A DNA stretch of 64,000 nt from contig JALSOH010000006.1 of NCBI GenBank assembly GCA_026986575.1, forward strand, positions 160,001 to 224,000, given 5' to 3'. A program made the position numbers and the translations under genes. The DNA comes from Thermoproteota archaeon. Its GTDB lineage: Archaea > Korarchaeota > Korarchaeia > Korarchaeales > Korarchaeaceae. The notes beneath the pieces are model-generated. The model was given only the letters and a program-made list of their open reading frames with translations, ran no database searches and was not told the origin of the DNA. Shown here one piece after another: positions 29,008 to 38,313 of the stretch; the first letter of the stretch is position 1; each line of letters begins with the position of its first letter.

Positions 29008-30309
29008 TCATACGATGCTGACAACCTCACCGACCTCACCCGATCTCAGCCTGTCGTATAGGGCTGCCACTACAGGAGAGGCTCTAACCTCGTAGATCAC
29101 CTTCCTGTATATCTGATCTAGGTTTGCAGGGTTCTCCGGATCTCCCGGCGGGTAATCAACCCTCTTCTGCTTCGATACCTCTCCTCTAACCTCAACTATT
29201 GAAGGTTGTCTCTCGGGGAACTGCGTTGACAACTCCGGATTCACCACTACATTCACTTTCCTCTCTAGGGTCCTTACCCTAGAATCTCCGAGCCCTCTCT
29301 CTAGCTCGTCTAAACCTACTCTCCCGTAGATGAGGGCCAACGCCACCAAGTAGGGGAGGCTGAATCTAGCCTGATCCACGCTTTTCGGCCCCCTAATTCC
29401 CGCGACTCTCGCTGCCTCTTCGAATACCTCCACCCTGACTTCCCTCACCTCCTCCGGCCTCACCTCGTCACTCAACATTATCGCGGCCGTTAGCGCGGTG
29501 TGGGTGTGCCTGCATGTCGGGAAGAACTTGTAACCGTTCAGTAGTATGGCATAGTTCCATCCGGGGTCCAAGCCCTCCTCTAACCTGCATCCGGGAGCCA
29601 TGTTCTTGCAGAACCCTCTTTCATCCTCGAGGGCCCTTAGATTCGTTTTCATGCCATTCCTCGCCATTAGTGAGGAGGTAACTCCCAGAAAGGCGGCGTG
29701 ACCTGGGCTGAACGGTTTGATGGACGATCCCCCAGATATGAAGCCCCAGAGCCCTGAGGCATAATAAGAGGAGATCGCTAAAGCCTGGGAAGCCTCCTCC
29801 AAACTTAACCCCAAAACCCTCGACGCGGCAGCTGCAGCACCCAGAGACCCAGCAGTAGCGGTGGTGTGCCACTTGGAGTAATGATTCCTGTCGAAGGCCC
29901 TTCCAAACCTTGCAGCCACCTCATATCCGATAACCACGGACTCAAGCAGCTTCTCCCAGCTGACCCTCCCCTCCCCAAGCGCTATAGCGGCCGGAACAAT
30001 AACGCTGCCTGCATGGACGAAGCCCTGTCTCAACCAGTCGTCATACTCGAGTGAATGGATGGCAAAGCCGTTTACGAGAGCGGCCATCGATGGAGAAGAG
30101 CGCCACCAGCCTCCCAGAACTAGAGAGCCGTTATCGATTGGGTAGGCTAGAGAAGTGAACCTCTTTACCCTCTCCTCCCTCTCAAAGCCGAGTATACCCA
30201 CTCCAATGGAGTCTAGGAGGGCCTTTTTGGCCTCCTCCCTGACCTCCAACGGTAGAGAGGAGTAGTCCCAAGACCACACCTGTGACAGGATATCCACCAC
30301 TACCGGCAT
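29008..30309 (-). CDS. MmgE/PrpD family protein
   Basis: LLDSIGV, AALVNGFAIHSLEYDD, VHAGS, GYEV, WHTT, KFFPTCRHTH and ARFSLPY motifs. Confidence 0.93.
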   Translation of the reverse strand: MPVVVDILSQVWSWDYSSLPLEVREEAKKALLDSIGVGILGFEREERVKRFTSLAYPIDNGSLVLGGWWRSSPSMAALVNGFAIHSLEYDDWLRQGFVHAGSVIVPAAIALGEGRVSWEKLLESVVIGYEVAARFGRAFDRNHYSKWHTTATAGSLGAAAAASRVLGLSLEEASQALAISSYYASGLWGFISGGSSIKPFSPGHAAFLGVTSSLMARNGMKTNLRALEDERGFCKNMAPGCRLEEGLDPGWNYAILLNGYKFFPTCRHTHTALTAAIMLSDEVRPEEVREVRVEVFEEAARVAGIRGPKSVDQARFSLPYLVALALIYGRVGLDELERGLGDSRVRTLERKVNVVVNPELSTQFPERQPSIVEVRGEVSKQKRVDYPPGDPENPANLDQIYRKVIYEVRASPVVAALYDRLRSGEVGEVVSIV

Positions 30310-30355
30310 CTCGCTACCTAGGAGGTCTACCTTATCAATTATGGGATCAGTCTAG

Positions 30356-31255
30356 TTAGGATTCCCGCCCTGATCTGGACTTGATCTCTCTCACTATTTC
30401 CAGCAGGGTTCTAGCCTGCTCGTAGTTCATTCGGTCTATCATCATTCCCCTATGAGAAGCCGCCCCTAGCCCCCTTCTAACCGCCTCCTCGTAAGCCTTG
30501 ACTATCTCCTCAGCCTCTCTAATCTCTTTTTCGCTTGGCGTGAACACCTCGTTGATTATCGGTATATGGGAGGGATGGATCGCATACTTCCCCTTATAGC
30601 CCAGCCTCCTAGCCAGGAGGGCTTGCCTCCTCACCCCCTCCCTGTCAATGATCAGCCCGAGGAATGGGGTGTCCAAGGCCGGGATTCTGGCAGCAGCGGA
30701 TGCGACGCTCACCTTAGACCTAGCATACAGGAGTTCGATCTCATCATCAGAGAGGTCGCTGACGCTTCTACCGAGGTCCCTCAAAAAGTCCCCCATGCCG
30801 AACGAGAGTGCGCAGATCCTATGCGAAGAGAGGGCTATATCGAGGGATCTCTCAACGCCCATCGCGCTTTCTACCAGCGGGATTATCCTGACCTCCTCCA
30901 GTCCTCTCTCCTCCTCTAGGCGCTGTAGCCGCTCCTCCAAGTGCTTAATGTCCTCCACTCTCTCAGTCTTGGGGAGCACGATCCCGTCCAGCCCCTTCGC
31001 CATTATGAACCCCAGATCTTCCTCAAGCATCCCTGTCGTGGACGAATTCACCCTGACGAACACCTCGCCACCGAATTTCCCCCTTTCTTCTTTCAGGAAC
31101 TCCCTCACAAGCCACCTAGCAGTCTCCTTCTCCCCTATAGGTACGGCATCCTCCATGCCCAGTACCACGACATCCGCTCCGCTCCTCAACGAGCTCAGCA
31201 TCAACCTCCAGCTATTGGCAGGTACGAAGAGCAAGGATCTGGCTAGAAAGGTCAT
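30356..31255 (-). CDS. CoA-ester lyase, HpcH/CitE (citryl-/malyl-CoA lyase) family
   Basis: RSLLFVPA, MEDAV, FVRVN, IVLPK, PLVES, FGMGDF, GKYAIHP and GMMID motifs. Confidence 0.93.
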   Translation of the reverse strand: MTFLARSLLFVPANSWRLMLSSLRSGADVVVLGMEDAVPIGEKETARWLVREFLKEERGKFGGEVFVRVNSSTTGMLEEDLGFIMAKGLDGIVLPKTERVEDIKHLEERLQRLEEERGLEEVRIIPLVESAMGVERSLDIALSSHRICALSFGMGDFLRDLGRSVSDLSDDEIELLYARSKVSVASAAARIPALDTPFLGLIIDREGVRRQALLARRLGYKGKYAIHPSHIPIINEVFTPSEKEIREAEEIVKAYEEAVRRGLGAASHRGMMIDRMNYEQARTLLEIVREIKSRSGRES

Positions 31256-32142
31256 AACACATCCCTCAGCAGCTCGATTATATGCTTGGGCGACTCGGCC
31301 AACTTAACTCCCGCCTCCTTGAAGGCCCTGATCTTGCTCTCAGCCGATCCTCTATCGCCCACGACCATGGCGCTCGCGTGGGAGAACCTCATCCCCTTGG
31401 GAAGCATCCTCCCTGCCACGTAAGCTACCAAGGGCTTCGTGAACCCTCCGTTTGACACGAATTCAGCAGCTTCCTCCTCTTGAACTCCACCTATCTCGGC
31501 GAAAAGCACGACAGCATCCGTCTCTTCATCTTCCTCGAACATGGCCAGCAGCTCCGCCTCGGTCAGTCCCACCAGTGGTTCACTGCCAGTATGCACCGCG
31601 GTGGTAATCCCGAAGCCGGCCCTGCTTATGGCCCAAGAGGTGGTGGTCGTCTGCCCACCGCTCCTCGAGATAACACCCACCTTACCGGGGACGAAGGCCT
31701 CCTTGGCCAGCTCTAGGGACCCGCCCACCCATCCCATGACCGCCTTACTTGGGCTTATTACGCCGAAGGATCCAGGTCCCTGAACCCTCACGCCCCTCCC
31801 CCTAGCTAAAGCGAGTATCCTCATGGCGTCGTGCACGGGCACCCTCTCGGTCGGGATAAGCACATAGCTTATTCCGGCCTCTACGGCCTCAGTCACGGCC
31901 TCCAAGAGGTGAGCCGGTGGGACTAGAGTGATGGTCGCATCCACGCGCCCCACCTCTTCCAAGGCCTCCTTAACGGAATCGAAGACCGGTACCCCCCAGA
32001 CCCTCGATCCTCCCCTCCCGGGAGTCACCCCAGCAACTACTTTAGTTCCGTATTCGAGCATGTATCGGGTGGCGAACTCTCCTGTCCTCCCGGTTATCCT
32101 CTGAACCAGAACTCTTGTATTCTCGTCGATCAATATGACCAT
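31252..32142 (-). CDS. Succinate-CoA-ligase/citryl-CoA-synthetase-like alpha subunit
   Basis: ILIDENTRVLVQ.ITG, VAGVTPGRGG, GPGSFG, SRSGG, AEIGG and phospho-His RFSHASA; ATG 32142 overlaps the upstream TGA. Confidence 0.9.
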   Translation of the reverse strand: MVILIDENTRVLVQRITGRTGEFATRYMLEYGTKVVAGVTPGRGGSRVWGVPVFDSVKEALEEVGRVDATITLVPPAHLLEAVTEAVEAGISYVLIPTERVPVHDAMRILALARGRGVRVQGPGSFGVISPSKAVMGWVGGSLELAKEAFVPGKVGVISRSGGQTTTTSWAISRAGFGITTAVHTGSEPLVGLTEAELLAMFEEDEETDAVVLFAEIGGVQEEEAAEFVSNGGFTKPLVAYVAGRMLPKGMRFSHASAMVVGDRGSAESKIRAFKEAGVKLAESPKHIIELLRDVL

Positions 32143-32399
32143 CAGACCACCTCCATCGGCACCCTTACCTCGATCACGCCGCTCCCATACCACTGGCAGT
32201 AGATCTCGCAGGCGAGGCACTCATTATCTATCCTCACGGCTTCCTGAGGGGAAACAGCTAACGCTGGCTTACCGTCCTCTATCTTCAGTATGTTCCGGCC
32301 GTATAGTCTGCAGGCCTTCACGCAGGCGAAACCGCAGTCCGGGGCCACACATCCATCTAAATTTATTATCACTTCGGCCGTTCTAGTCCTGAACCTCAT
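32142..32399 (-). CDS. Small ferredoxin-like Fe-S protein
   Basis: Cx4Cx3Cx3C and Dx2Cx2Cx3C motifs in 85 aa; overlaps both neighbours. Confidence 0.8.
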   Translation of the reverse strand: MRFRTRTAEVIINLDGCVAPDCGFACVKACRLYGRNILKIEDGKPALAVSPQEAVRIDNECLACEIYCQWYGSGVIEVRVPMEVV

Positions 32400-33642
32400 T
32401 TCTCTCCCTCCTATATTCCTCAACAAGCTCCAGGACCCTATCCGCTATGTAATCGGTCTCATAGATGTAGTCCCTGCCGTAGAGCTCGAACCTTATCGGG
32501 AGGTCTCTAACCCCTCTCCTGATTATCTCGTGGCTCTCCTCCTCCTTGTTTCCAGCAAGCAGGATTACTGCCGGGAATCCCGGCCTATCCCTCAGCATCT
32601 CGTTGAATGCCTTCACAATGGCGTGAGCGTGGTGCCACTGCTCCTGACTCGCCAGAACGCTCCCCATCATCACGTACCCCTCTATCCCCGGAATGGAGAG
32701 GATCGTCCTGATCACCCTGTAGACCTTAGATGCCGGTGGGTCACCGCTTGTATCAGAGTAATTGGCTAGTTTAAGCCCCCTCCTTATCAGCGCATCCGCT
32801 GCCAGCATCGCGCCTCCTCCGCCTATCCCGTGGAATCCTATGTAACCCTCGGACGCCTCTGTTGTCAGCTGGATGAAGTACCCCGTCCCCCTCGGATCGG
32901 CATCGTCCCAGTACCACATCCTCCTCTCCAGATCGGTCGGCTCTCTGTTCAGGTCCTTGGGGACCTCCACCTCGACATCGGGGTGCCTGAAGAGCGCGTG
33001 ATCATCGAGGTCTATCCTCGCATCCAGTGCCACCAAGCCCTCGTCCGTAAGGGCGAGGGGATTCACCTCTACACTCCTAGCGTCATATTCCACGAAAATG
33101 TCGTAGAGCTTCAGTGCGACGTCTACCGCCTCGCTTGGCATCCCCACTTGAGAGAACTCCTCCTCTACTATCTCCCTTCCCAATCCGTCCAGGTAGTCCA
33201 CAGGTATTCTGGCCACACCCTCCGACCTCTCCTCGATGCCCGTACCGCCGAAGGGGCTGGCCAGCAGCATGGGAGATCTGAACCTCATTGAATCGTTTAT
33301 AACGACGCTGAGGAACAGCTCAGCCCTCACATCTATCCTTCTCTCGACGAGGACTTTCTTGGGCCTGAATCCCCTGAAGTAGGAGGAAAGCATCTCCTCA
33401 GCAGCCAGGCGAGCCTCTTCCGGCGATGATGCAAACCTGACGCCGCCCACATCGTGCCTTCCAGTGAAGGGAAGCTGTGCTTTCACTACAACACTGCCCT
33501 CCAGCTTTCTAGCTATTGCCTCGGCTTCTTTCGGATCAGAGGCTATTTCTCCATCCGGTACAACTATTCCGTGATCCCTCAATATCCTCTTGGACTGATA
33601 CTCGAGGAGCTTGGCCCTAGTATCACCCAGCGATCCCTTCAC
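32383..33642 (-). CDS. Succinate-CoA-ligase/citryl-CoA-synthetase-like beta subunit (ATP-grasp)
   Basis: LLEYQSK, VVVKAQ..TGR..GGV, GGTGIE, EVNPL, DDHALFRHP, GGGGAML and LANYSDTSGDP motifs. Confidence 0.9.
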   Translation of the reverse strand: MKGSLGDTRAKLLEYQSKRILRDHGIVVPDGEIASDPKEAEAIARKLEGSVVVKAQLPFTGRHDVGGVRFASSPEEARLAAEEMLSSYFRGFRPKKVLVERRIDVRAELFLSVVINDSMRFRSPMLLASPFGGTGIEERSEGVARIPVDYLDGLGREIVEEEFSQVGMPSEAVDVALKLYDIFVEYDARSVEVNPLALTDEGLVALDARIDLDDHALFRHPDVEVEVPKDLNREPTDLERRMWYWDDADPRGTGYFIQLTTEASEGYIGFHGIGGGGAMLAADALIRRGLKLANYSDTSGDPPASKVYRVIRTILSIPGIEGYVMMGSVLASQEQWHHAHAIVKAFNEMLRDRPGFPAVILLAGNKEEESHEIIRRGVRDLPIRFELYGRDYIYETDYIADRVLELVEEYRRERNEVQD

Positions 33643-33746
33643 CGATACGATAAATTGTTTCCTCTCTTCCTCCGTTGGAGACGCTGGGGATCCTTAGTAT
33701 TACATCGTCAGCTCACTTTAATTTTGGGTACCCGTCCTTCTATCCG

Positions 33747-34157
33747 ATGGATGAAAGCAGGCTTGCTAGATACAGAGAAAAAATGGAATACGTTATAGAT
33801 GCATTGGAATCTATCAGGGAACCGAGAACTCAACTTGAGCTGTCTGGTGTGTTCTATAACCTCATAACCTCTATAGAGGCTTCTATGGATCTAATAGCGA
33901 TGCTTCTAAGGGATTTGGGGGAAAGGATAGAAGATGACTACACAAATGTGGATAAGCTTGTGAAATTGGGTATCTTAAGTGATGAATTGGGAGAGAGTCT
34001 GAAAAAGTGCAACGGGCTGAGAAACTGGTTGGTTCACAGGTATAACAGAGTAGATCCTGAACTGGTGATGGAGTCTGTGGAGGAGGTGAAAGAGACGCTG
34101 TACTCCCTGCTGAGGAGACTGGAGGAGGTGCTAAATGAGATCGCTGGATCAGATTAG
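33747..34157 (+). CDS. HEPN/DUF86 (HepT-like) RNase toxin
   Basis: GLRNWLVHRY (Rx4HxY); start ATG 33747. Confidence 0.88.
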   Translation: MDESRLARYREKMEYVIDALESIREPRTQLELSGVFYNLITSIEASMDLIAMLLRDLGERIEDDYTNVDKLVKLGILSDELGESLKKCNGLRNWLVHRYNRVDPELVMESVEEVKETLYSLLRRLEEVLNEIAGSD

Positions 34158-34557
34158 GAGAGATCTGAGGTTTCTCTCTTCGTACGAAGTGGTCTTATAC
34201 GGCTCCTATGTTACAGGAGAGTACACAAGGGAGTCCGACATAGATGTGGCAGTCATCACGCGAGAGAAGGACAGGAACAGGAACTTCAAGATCCAGCTCG
34301 ATATCTGGGGAAAGGTGCCCTCGCCCATATATGATGTGAGGGTGTTCGAACTGTTACCGATAAGGGTCAAGGCCTCGGTGATCGGCGGGTACTTGGTCCT
34401 CTTCGGAAGTGAGCCCGATATTTCGGAGTACTTCTACAGCTGGAGGAAGACATGGGAAGAGGTTAGAAGGAGAATAGAGCCCATGTCCATAGAGGAGAAG
34501 ATTAAGGCGGTTAGGAGAAGGAAGAAGATCCTGAAAACTATCACTAGACCCGAGTAG
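34135..34557 (+). CDS. MNT nucleotidyltransferase antitoxin (MntA-like)
   Basis: LYGSYVTGEYTRESDIDVAV (GSx10DxD); coupled to the HEPN gene. Confidence 0.88.
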   Translation: MRSLDQIRRDLRFLSSYEVVLYGSYVTGEYTRESDIDVAVITREKDRNRNFKIQLDIWGKVPSPIYDVRVFELLPIRVKASVIGGYLVLFGSEPDISEYFYSWRKTWEEVRRRIEPMSIEEKIKAVRRRKKILKTITRPE

Positions 34558-34585
34558 ATGTCCTCACTTCTGGATGATGTTCCAG

Positions 34586-35275
34586 TCATCTGAAGAGGGA
34601 GAGCGCGGGGAACATGCCGTATACTAGGAGGTTGTTCACGAGATGATAGTAAAAGCTGGCATAGGTGCCCCTCCTCAAGAACAGCCATGTGTCCAATATG
34701 GCCCATCCCAGTATGCAAAGCATTATTCTAGGCCCGAAGTATATGTGTAGGAGCGTGAAGAACGCAATAGAGATTGCAGCCGAAAGAATAAGGTTGCCAG
34801 TCAGAGAGTAAAGCCTAGTTATCGAATATCCCCTGTAAAACGTCTCCTCGAAGAAAGCGGCAGAGACACCCCAAGTAAGGAAGGCCACAATCTCGGAGGG
34901 ATGGCTCAGGCCCCTCCTAGTCATCTCTTCAAGATATCCAGTTCCAAGACCTAGCTGGCTCCCGATCCAGTAAAGGAACCCCCAGAGGGCCCATGCCGCA
35001 ATCAAGAAGATCATGGACTCGGCGAATGCCCTTAATCCCTTCTCACCGAACCAGATGCTGCTCCACTCGGATCCCTCCCATCTCATCACGAGTAGCAGGA
35101 TCACGAAGCCCGTCACCTGGGCAAGGGTATAGGACAGGACGGTCCACACGCCCCTCAATCCCGTTGAGATCATCAGCTCCCTATATAGGGGGGTGATCAT
35201 CCAGAAGCCGATCAGGGAGATGGCTAATCCCACGGCTGCGGGACCCTTGGGATATTCCCTCCGCTCCATTCCCAT
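34586..35275 (-). CDS. CPBP/Abi family intramembrane metalloprotease
   Basis: FFEETFYRGY, FTLLH and YHLVNN motifs; multiple TM helices. Confidence 0.9.
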   Translation of the reverse strand: MGMERREYPKGPAAVGLAISLIGFWMITPLYRELMISTGLRGVWTVLSYTLAQVTGFVILLLVMRWEGSEWSSIWFGEKGLRAFAESMIFLIAAWALWGFLYWIGSQLGLGTGYLEEMTRRGLSHPSEIVAFLTWGVSAAFFEETFYRGYSITRLYSLTGNLILSAAISIAFFTLLHIYFGPRIMLCILGWAILDTWLFLRRGTYASFYYHLVNNLLVYGMFPALSLFR

Positions 35276-35370
35276 CCCCCATCCAGGAGGTTATGGGAGG
35301 GAGTTAAAAGGTATCCCTCAGTCCGAAAAACAGACATGGACAGGGAAATAACTAGGAATATGGAAGGCAC

Positions 35371-36273
35371 TCACCAAGGAACCTTCCCGTCAAGTATGTC
35401 CTTCAGGGGTCTCTTCCACAGGAGGTGGAATACCCTCCTCTCCTTCCTATCGTACACCGCCTCGAAATCAACATATCCCTTAGTCATGTAGTAGAGCATG
35501 GCCTCAGCCGTGTGCTCCCTCCACTTTCCTACCGTACCTCTCTCCCTAGCCTCTGAGACGCTGTAAGGCACCTCTATAAGCACAAGCTCGCTCTCGACTC
35601 TCTTGAATCCCTTAGGAACCTCTGAATCCAATACCACTACCTCCTCGGCCCCAGCCTCCAAGGCCTCCTTGAGGGAAGGAGAACTCAGCTCACCCTTGGC
35701 CTTTCTTTTCACTCTCTCGCTATCCAAGAACCACCATACCTTCAGCCTATCAGTTCTTAATCCCCTGTTTATCTCATCGTTTATCTCACCGTAGTAGTTC
35801 ACTACGTACTCCCAGCTCACGACACCTAGCTTACCTAGGTTGAACCTCGTGTTCAACCCTTGGAGGGGATCAAAGGTCCACCTCGCTCTAGTGAGCCCCT
35901 GCTCAAGCGCCAGCTCTCTTTGAGCCTGTTTTATCCTGAAGCCCAGTCCTGAATACTTAAGCTCCTCGACAACTGCACTTTGGTGGGAATAATGGTATAA
36001 GCCCTTCTCGTCCCTAGCTAGAAAGCCCCAAGCGAACCCCACGGCTCTACCGGTCTCCAAGTCGAAAGCGGCTACCACTATACCAGAGTTATCGGCGGCG
36101 GCCTTGAGCACATGAGACGGGGTGGCTTCGGTCCGGTCCTTACCCATCCTCCAAGCTGATGCCTGAACCTCCACCAGCTCTCTAAACTCCTCCGGCCTTT
36201 TAACAGGCCTTATCTCGACCCTGAGGGTTCTACCACTCCTATCCTTGAGTTCGACGATCCCTAAGTGGGTCAT
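35371..36273 (-). CDS. GNAT-family acyltransferase (COG3375-like)
   Basis: HYSHQSAV, GLGFRIKQAQR, WTFDPLQ..N..FN..KLG, NYYG and TDRL motifs. Confidence 0.85.
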   Translation of the reverse strand: MTHLGIVELKDRSGRTLRVEIRPVKRPEEFRELVEVQASAWRMGKDRTEATPSHVLKAAADNSGIVVAAFDLETGRAVGFAWGFLARDEKGLYHYSHQSAVVEELKYSGLGFRIKQAQRELALEQGLTRARWTFDPLQGLNTRFNLGKLGVVSWEYVVNYYGEINDEINRGLRTDRLKVWWFLDSERVKRKAKGELSSPSLKEALEAGAEEVVVLDSEVPKGFKRVESELVLIEVPYSVSEARERGTVGKWREHTAEAMLYYMTKGYVDFEAVYDRKERRVFHLLWKRPLKDILDGKVPW

Positions 36274-36277
36274 CTCT

Positions 36278-36940
36278 CTAAACTCGGGAGGCTTCTTTAT
36301 CCCCTTTACGGGTCCTTCTCTTCACTAATATGTAGCCTGCTATCCCAAATACCATGATTATCGCAACTGCCGTCTCGGCCGTATCCAATACAGATACCAG
36401 CTCCTTGTAGGCGATCCCTAACAAGTACCCAGCTATACCTAGGACGAAATATCGTGGAAACGCTCCCAATAAGGTAAAGAGGGAGAAGCGGTAAGGGTCC
36501 ATACGGATTATCCCTGCTCCAATCGACACGGGGGAGAGAGGAATTATCGGCAATGCCCTAGAGAAGAAGAGGCCCAACCACTTCCTCTCATTTCTTATCC
36601 TGTCCGAGAAACTCTCTATCTCCTCCCAGCTTATCCCTAGGTACTTACCGAACCTCTCGACTAGCGGCTTACCGCCGTAGTAACCCAGAGCGTAATGAGC
36701 TAGGGAGCCGAGCGTAGCCGCCATGCTCCCAACTAATCCAATGGTGAATGTGGCCACGTAGAGCACGTACATGGGGGAAGAATTAGGAGGGATGAGGGAG
36801 AATCCAGCAGCCATTGGAACGAGGGGAGAAGGGATTAAAGTGATGGCGGTTTCCACCATCACACCACCGAAGACCCCAAGCCAGCCAAGCTCCCTTATCC
36901 AAGCACTGACCGTCTCTATCAGGATTTCCGTCAGGGACAT
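36278..36940 (-). CDS. DedA/VTT domain membrane protein
   Basis: ETAITLIPSP, YALGYYGGKP, SRALPIIP and AG..RM...F motifs. Confidence 0.88.
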   Translation of the reverse strand: MSLTEILIETVSAWIRELGWLGVFGGVMVETAITLIPSPLVPMAAGFSLIPPNSSPMYVLYVATFTIGLVGSMAATLGSLAHYALGYYGGKPLVERFGKYLGISWEEIESFSDRIRNERKWLGLFFSRALPIIPLSPVSIGAGIIRMDPYRFSLFTLLGAFPRYFVLGIAGYLLGIAYKELVSVLDTAETAVAIIMVFGIAGYILVKRRTRKGDKEASRV

Positions 36941-36986
36941 TTCCTGCGTGACCGCATTTTACCCAATTTAAGTTTGATTTGGGGGG

Positions 36987-37619
36987 TCAGGCCAGCCTCT
37001 TGACCCTGCCGGCCTTGACCTCCACCATCCCCTCCTCGTTCAGCAGCTCCACTGCCTTGGATACCCACCACCTATCGATGTTCAACTCCTTTGTGAGCTC
37101 GACGGTGGTCTTCTCCCCATTTAGGTGCTCCATCACTCTATCCGCTATGGCCTCTATCAGTGGCCTCGGATCTGATGAGAGCCTCTCGGCCACCACAGCG
37201 GCAACTGCTCTGCTCACGCCCAACGTATCCATAACATCCCTAATGGTCACCTTTCTCAATCCGCCCTCCCTCACTTTCTTCCTCACGTATTCGTTGACCA
37301 ACTCCTCCAAACTCTCCTCATCTGGGAGCTCCAGCAATACCTCCAGATCTATCTCCAACGTGATTCTCTTCCTAGTTAACGCATAAAGCTTGGCTGGCCT
37401 CCCTCTTCCCCTCCTCTTCTCTATTATCCTGATGAGTCCAGCCTCCTCCAAGTCCCTCAGATGAGAGGTTATGGCCGGCAAGGTGAGTCCGAACTCGTTG
37501 GCCAGATCGGTGGCCGAGGCCGGACTCCTGAGCAGCCTCTTGAGTATTCTGAGCTTGCTGTCGCTGCTCAGAGCGTCCAAGATCTTCTTAGCTCTATATA
37601 TCCTTGATCTGACGTACAA
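36987..37619 (-). CDS. ArsR-family transcriptional regulator with additional C-terminal HTH
   Basis: LDALSSDSKLRIL...SATDLA...PAITSHLRDLEEAGLI...RGRPAKLY. Confidence 0.85.
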   Translation of the reverse strand: MYVRSRIYRAKKILDALSSDSKLRILKRLLRSPASATDLANEFGLTLPAITSHLRDLEEAGLIRIIEKRRGRGRPAKLYALTRKRITLEIDLEVLLELPDEESLEELVNEYVRKKVREGGLRKVTIRDVMDTLGVSRAVAAVVAERLSSDPRPLIEAIADRVMEHLNGEKTTVELTKELNIDRWWVSKAVELLNEEGMVEVKAGRVKRLA

Positions 37620-37637
37620 GGAAAGTCCCTCCTCTGA

Positions 37638-38309
37638 TCATCTCCTAACGCGCCTCAGATCAAGCTGAACGCTGTAAGAATCGATCTCCACCTCGACTAC
37701 CTTCTCTCCCTGTCCGAAGGTCTTCTCTATGACCCCTCCCTCGGTCCTCTGCCCATCGTAGTAGACCGAACCCTCTAGGGCCCTGACCTTCACGTGAACC
37801 TTAGCATCTTCGGGAACGTAGAGGGTCAGCTTCACACTTCCCTTGTCGATCTCAACGGAGACTTTCTCTTCAGCCTCGAGGGATCCTTCAACGCTTCCCA
37901 TACCCATTTCCACGCTCAGGGTTCTTACTGATGCATCCCTCACGGTCAATGCTCCCATACCCATCTTCACTTTTAGCTCACCATTCCATCCGTCTGGCAG
38001 GTGCAGAGCCAACCTCCCCGCCACCATCCTCCCAGTTCCTTCCTCCACAACTGGAGATACTCCCTCCATGACTATGCTGGGCTCCCGAATCGCTGGATCC
38101 GCAGTTACGTCCACCTGCCCCATGTCCACGATCAGCGATATGGTATCGGAGGAGATCCCGCCCGAGTATGAGCCCCTGCCGGTCACCCAGGGAAGTGGGA
38201 TCGGGCCAGCCTCGTACTTGTACTTTATGGTGGTGGGCACTAGGGAGACGGCCACGGAGAACAGCAGCAGCCCCAGTATGAGAGCACCTACCCTCTCTTC
38301 ATTGCCCAT
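37638..38309 (-). CDS. Membrane-anchored beta-repeat protein (DUF4097/LiaF-like)
   Basis: N-terminal TM helix; repeated V.MGMG.L/V beta-solenoid-like units. Confidence 0.6.
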   Translation of the reverse strand: MGNEERVGALILGLLLFSVAVSLVPTTIKYKYEAGPIPLPWVTGRGSYSGGISSDTISLIVDMGQVDVTADPAIREPSIVMEGVSPVVEEGTGRMVAGRLALHLPDGWNGELKVKMGMGALTVRDASVRTLSVEMGMGSVEGSLEAEEKVSVEIDKGSVKLTLYVPEDAKVHVKVRALEGSVYYDGQRTEGGVIEKTFGQGEKVVEVEIDSYSVQLDLRRVRR

Positions 38310-38313
38310 AAGA

